Of a stretch of DNA of 64,000 bases, positions 60,510 to 64,000 are shown in pieces; position 1 is the first letter of the stretch, and each line of letters starts with the position of its first letter. The notes beneath the pieces are model-generated. The model was given only the letters and a program-made list of their open reading frames with translations, ran no database searches and was not told the DNA's origin. The stretch lies in the NCBI GenBank assembly GCA_964188305.1, contig OZ076901.1; one strand, 5' to 3'. A program made the position numbers and the translations under genes. The stretch is from Podarcis bocagei (taxonomy: Eukaryota).

Positions 60510-61887
60510 TCTTGATGGGCAATTCCAAGGCCCTCCTGCTCCCCATGTTTAGAGTGCTTTGTCATTTATTTACCACACTTGGACTGTACAGCCCATCAAA
60601 CAGAGGAGTCCCCCAAATAGAGGAGGCCCTTTGTAAGGTTGGGTGTACCAACACTTTCCATTTTTTGAAGGGAATGGAAGGTTTTATAAATGCAGGATGA
60701 GCAGCACCAGATGTTCCCCACTTTCCCTTCCTGGGTACATTTTTGCGTATTCCAAATCAGAGTTTGAGAAACGCTCGTCAAAATTAAGAGCACCGGCACC
60801 ACACATTGTGGCTCTCTTTCTCAACCCTCTCGGTTTCCTCTGTCCTTTACTCTTGCAGCATTTTAAATATAGAAATTAAAAAGGCACAAGCCAAGAGCAT
60901 AAAACAACAGTTAATCAAAAGCTGAGTAACATAAAAACCACTCCAGCTAGAGAACAAAGGGCCTTTGTAATAGAACAAAGCCAGAGCCACTAGAACAGAG
61001 TGCTGAAGTGGAAGGAAATGCAGTCAGAATGGGGACACTCAACCTAACTCAAATCTTGGTACTTGCCCTAAACTCAAACTATTGGCCCACCTAGCCCGGT
61101 ATTTATTTATTTATTGGGAAATAGTTTTTATTTGATTTTACAAGTATAAAATTATAACAAAACAAAATACATATCCATATTTAGAGATTGCTCTGAATCT
61201 CTAGACTTCCCACCTTCCCCTCCAAGGGTCCCATTGTCAACCTTTTCAACTTCTTATAATTTGGCAATCCATAATTTACATCACTCCATTTTGTTCATAA
61301 TATTTGCTACATTACAAGTGTTATTGTAATCCTGCTAATGTTGTCATCTGCTTACAGTGGTCTCCCAGATAAATTATAATTTTTTCCGATTCCTTATTAA
61401 GTTTCGGTCTCCTTGGTTCCTGAGTTTTCCGGTCAGTTTTGCCATTTCGGCATAGCCCAACATCTTAGTTTGCCAATCTTCTAGTAGGTACTTTGTCCTC
61501 TTTCCATCTCTGGGCTAGTAACATCCGGGCAGCTGTTGTTGCATACATAAAAAGTATTTTCTGCTCGTTTGGAATATCGGCACCTACAATTCCTAATAGA
61601 AAAGCTTCTGTTGTTGTTTTTTTATAAATAAAAGTTATTTTAAACATATTTTCAACCCATTATATATCGTTTCCCAGAATGCTTTTATTACCTTGCACAT
61701 CCACCACATATGATAAAAGGTACCTTCTTTTTCTTTACATTTCCAGCATATATTTGTACTTTTTTTATACATTTTTGCTAACTTACCAGGAGTCAGATAC
61801 CACCGGTACATCATTTTCATATAATTTTCTTTCAGCATGAAACATGCTGAGAATTTCCAATCAGTTTTCCATAACCTTTCCCAGTCT

Positions 61888-62081
61888 CAGATAGGTAGCC
61901 GTGTTGGTCTGCCATAGTCAAAATAAAAAAAATTCCTTCCTGTAGCACCTTAAAGACCAACTAAGTTAGTTCTTGGTATAAGCTTTCGTGTGTATCTGAA
62001 GAAGTGTGCATGCACACGAAAGCTTATACCAAGAACTAACTTAGTTGGTCTTTAAGGTGCTACAGGAAGGAATTTTTTTTA
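61888..62081 (+). mobile_element. Penelope-like palindromic terminal remnant
   Basis: Perfect 68-bp inverted arms 61925-61992/62013-62080; 12-bp TSD CTTTCCCAGTCT at 61876-61887 and 62082-62093. Confidence 0.8.
61992..62029 (+). ncRNA. Minimal type I hammerhead ribozyme motif
   Basis: GTAT-CTGAAGA-AGTGTGCATGCACAC-GAAA-GCTT-ATAC: CUGANGA and GAAA cores, palindromic stem II, AAGCTT in place of stem III, stem I GTAT/ATAC. Confidence 0.7.
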
Positions 62082-62321
62082 CTTTCCCAGTCTGAAAGTT
62101 AGATATTATGCCCCCAATCCTTAGCCCAGTGGATCAATACAGACTTAACCTGTTCATCCTTTGTATGCCAGGCCCACCTAGCCCAGTATTGTCTACTCTG
62201 ACTGGCAGAAGCTATCCAGGGTCTGAAACTTAAGTCTGCATCAATGAAAGTATAGTGTCCCAATGAAGGGAAGTAATAGTAAACCTGAATGAATCTGACA
62301 GTAAAGTAGTTTACGTTAATA

Positions 62322-62525
62322 CAGTGGTACCTGGGGTTAAGAACTTAATTCGTTCCAGAGGTCCGTTCTTAACCTGAAACTGTTCTTAACCTGAAGCACC
62401 ACTTTAGCTAATGGGGCCTCCTGCTGCCGCTGCTGCACGATTTCAGTTCTCATCCTGAAGGGTTAGCGGAGTCTGTAACCTGAAGCGTATGTAACCTGAA
62501 GTGTCTGTAACCCGAGGTACCACTG
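62322..62525. mobile_element. Tc1/mariner-superfamily MITE
   Basis: TA|CAGTGGTACCT ... AGGTACCACTG|TA; homologous to 39703-39907. Confidence 0.9.
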
Positions 62526-64000
62526 TATGATTCAGATTCATGTGTGTTTTCTTTAAGAGGGACAGAAAGGGATTATCAACCAGGAAGGTATAATTATTGA
62601 TAGGACTCAAATGAGTTAGCTGCCTAAACTCAAACAGGAGATCGTTTAAACTCTGGTAAATTGTATAAACGTTCCCACAGCTCGCCCCCTGGGACGCTTG
62701 CTGCGGTGCTCCCCTTTGACACTCGCTGCGGGCGGTGCCTCCTGGGACACTGTCCCCTCGGGAGGCTGGCTCTGCCCCCAGGTGAACAACATGTGCACCA
62801 CTCCAGGTGCCGGAGTAGCTAGCTCCGCCTCTGCATATAAGATGGAGCTGTTCAGCAGTGCAACAGACTCAACTGGGGGCACATGTCATGTATGATTTAG
62901 TAGAGATCCCTGCATTGCAGGGGATTGGACTAAATGACTGTTGGGGTCCCTTCCAACTCTACAACTCTATGATTCTATATTTTCCTTGCTAGTTTTGTTT
63001 TTCATCTTGAGAGGCAAGGGGATGAACCTGGGACATTCTGCATGAAAAACTCTCCTACTGAGCTATGGCCTCACCCTATTTACCAGGTTACAGTTTACCC
63101 ACAAGGCTACTAAACCAAGGCAACCATGCAGTGTTAACTCCGACATCTCTTTTTCAAGTGCTTTAACACTTAAGGAAGGGGGAAGAAATTTAATTCAGCC
63201 AGCATTTAAAGGTTGAAATGTGTAATCAGCATTTCCTGAAACGATACGCAGTCTGAAACACAGCCATTTCTCCAAATGCACACTTATCTGAATTTTGCAG
63301 TTCAGTTCTTCAGCCAAATAAGTCATTCACAAATGCATATACTAGGGGAAAGTGTGTGTAAGTGGAAACATAAGTGGGGGAGGGATTAAAATACAAAATG
63401 CATTAAATTAGGGGAAATGGTTTGTAAAAAAAAAGGTTATAAGGTGAAAGTTTGTACAAAACGTGCATATTAGAAGAATGAAAATGCAGATTAATTTTAA
63501 TGCAAACTTTAAAAAAAAACACAGAAAAGTTTGGGGAAATGTGAGGAAGTGAATTTAAGATTGGGAAAATGATAAATTGAAATTGACAGATTTGTCTGCC
63601 TCCTATTAACTATCTCCCAGCATTTTACATATCCTAACTGAGCCTTCTATTTCCATCCCACTTAAATAAATAAAAAAAACCTTTTTCTTCAACCTACGGA
63701 TTAGTGAACAGCGCCACTTAACCCCTTTTCATAGAGATTGCTGTGCATATTGAGAGATTCACCCTTGAAGCAAGACATTGCTGTGAAGCGCTTTTTCTTT
63801 TTCATGTATAAACTGCTAATTTGGCATTGTTATTTCTGCTTCTTGTTGCTGCTGTCGTGTTTCTAATTTTGCACCTACACATTTTACCGTGCATTTCCTG
63901 ATGGGTCACAATGCCAGAATGGTGTGGTGTGAACCACGTATTTTCTTTTCATATTTTCTTTCCAATAATTTCTGTAGAGATAACACCAATGAATGATAAA

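Larger units (their letters stand above)
61104..62170 (-). mobile_element. L1-clade LINE 3' fragment, interrupted by a Penelope-like insert
   Basis: YRWYLTP..LAKMY....CWKCKEKEGTFYHMWWMC (ORF2 Cys-rich C-terminus); A-rich tail; 20-bp TSD GGCCCACCTAGCCCRGTATT at 61084-61103 and 62171-62190. Confidence 0.88.

Noticed and set aside
1-64000. CRISPR arrays, rRNA or prokaryotic operon systems
   Set aside because: No repeat-spacer arrays or rRNA-like sequence; the DNA is eukaryotic and repeat-rich.

Overview
Vertebrate non-coding DNA, almost certainly from a squamate and probably a lacertid lizard, judged from Sauria-type SINEs, BovB, L2/CR1, hAT and Tc1/mariner MITEs. It has two N-gaps and no recognisable host exon, so it is likely a large intron or gene desert with several homeodomain-motif-rich candidate enhancers. 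All protein-like ORFs come from transposons. Main elements: (1) A young non-autonomous Ty1/copia element (14567-17636, LTRs about 99% identical, no RT) whose 3' LTR lacks its last 15 bp and which is flanked by a 116-bp duplication instead of a 5-bp TSD. (2) A deleted Tf1/sushi-type (PEG10-related) Gypsy provirus (28489-31502) with a -1 frameshift signal and LTR-complementary stems where a tRNA PBS would be. (3) Three solo LTRs and one LTR fragment. (4) Two palindromic Penelope-like inserts, one with a minimal hammerhead ribozyme. The best candidate for something undescribed: three divergent Gypsy-type LTRs each carry a U3-spanning reading frame in the same phase (intact in two, restored by 1-nt indels in the third). 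It encodes an acidic/Pro-rich stretch, a PPx(S/P)(T)P hinge and an Arg-rich tail; one copy contains RRSARL, the HMGN-type nucleosome acidic-patch motif. All family assignments are from motif recognition by eye, with no database search.
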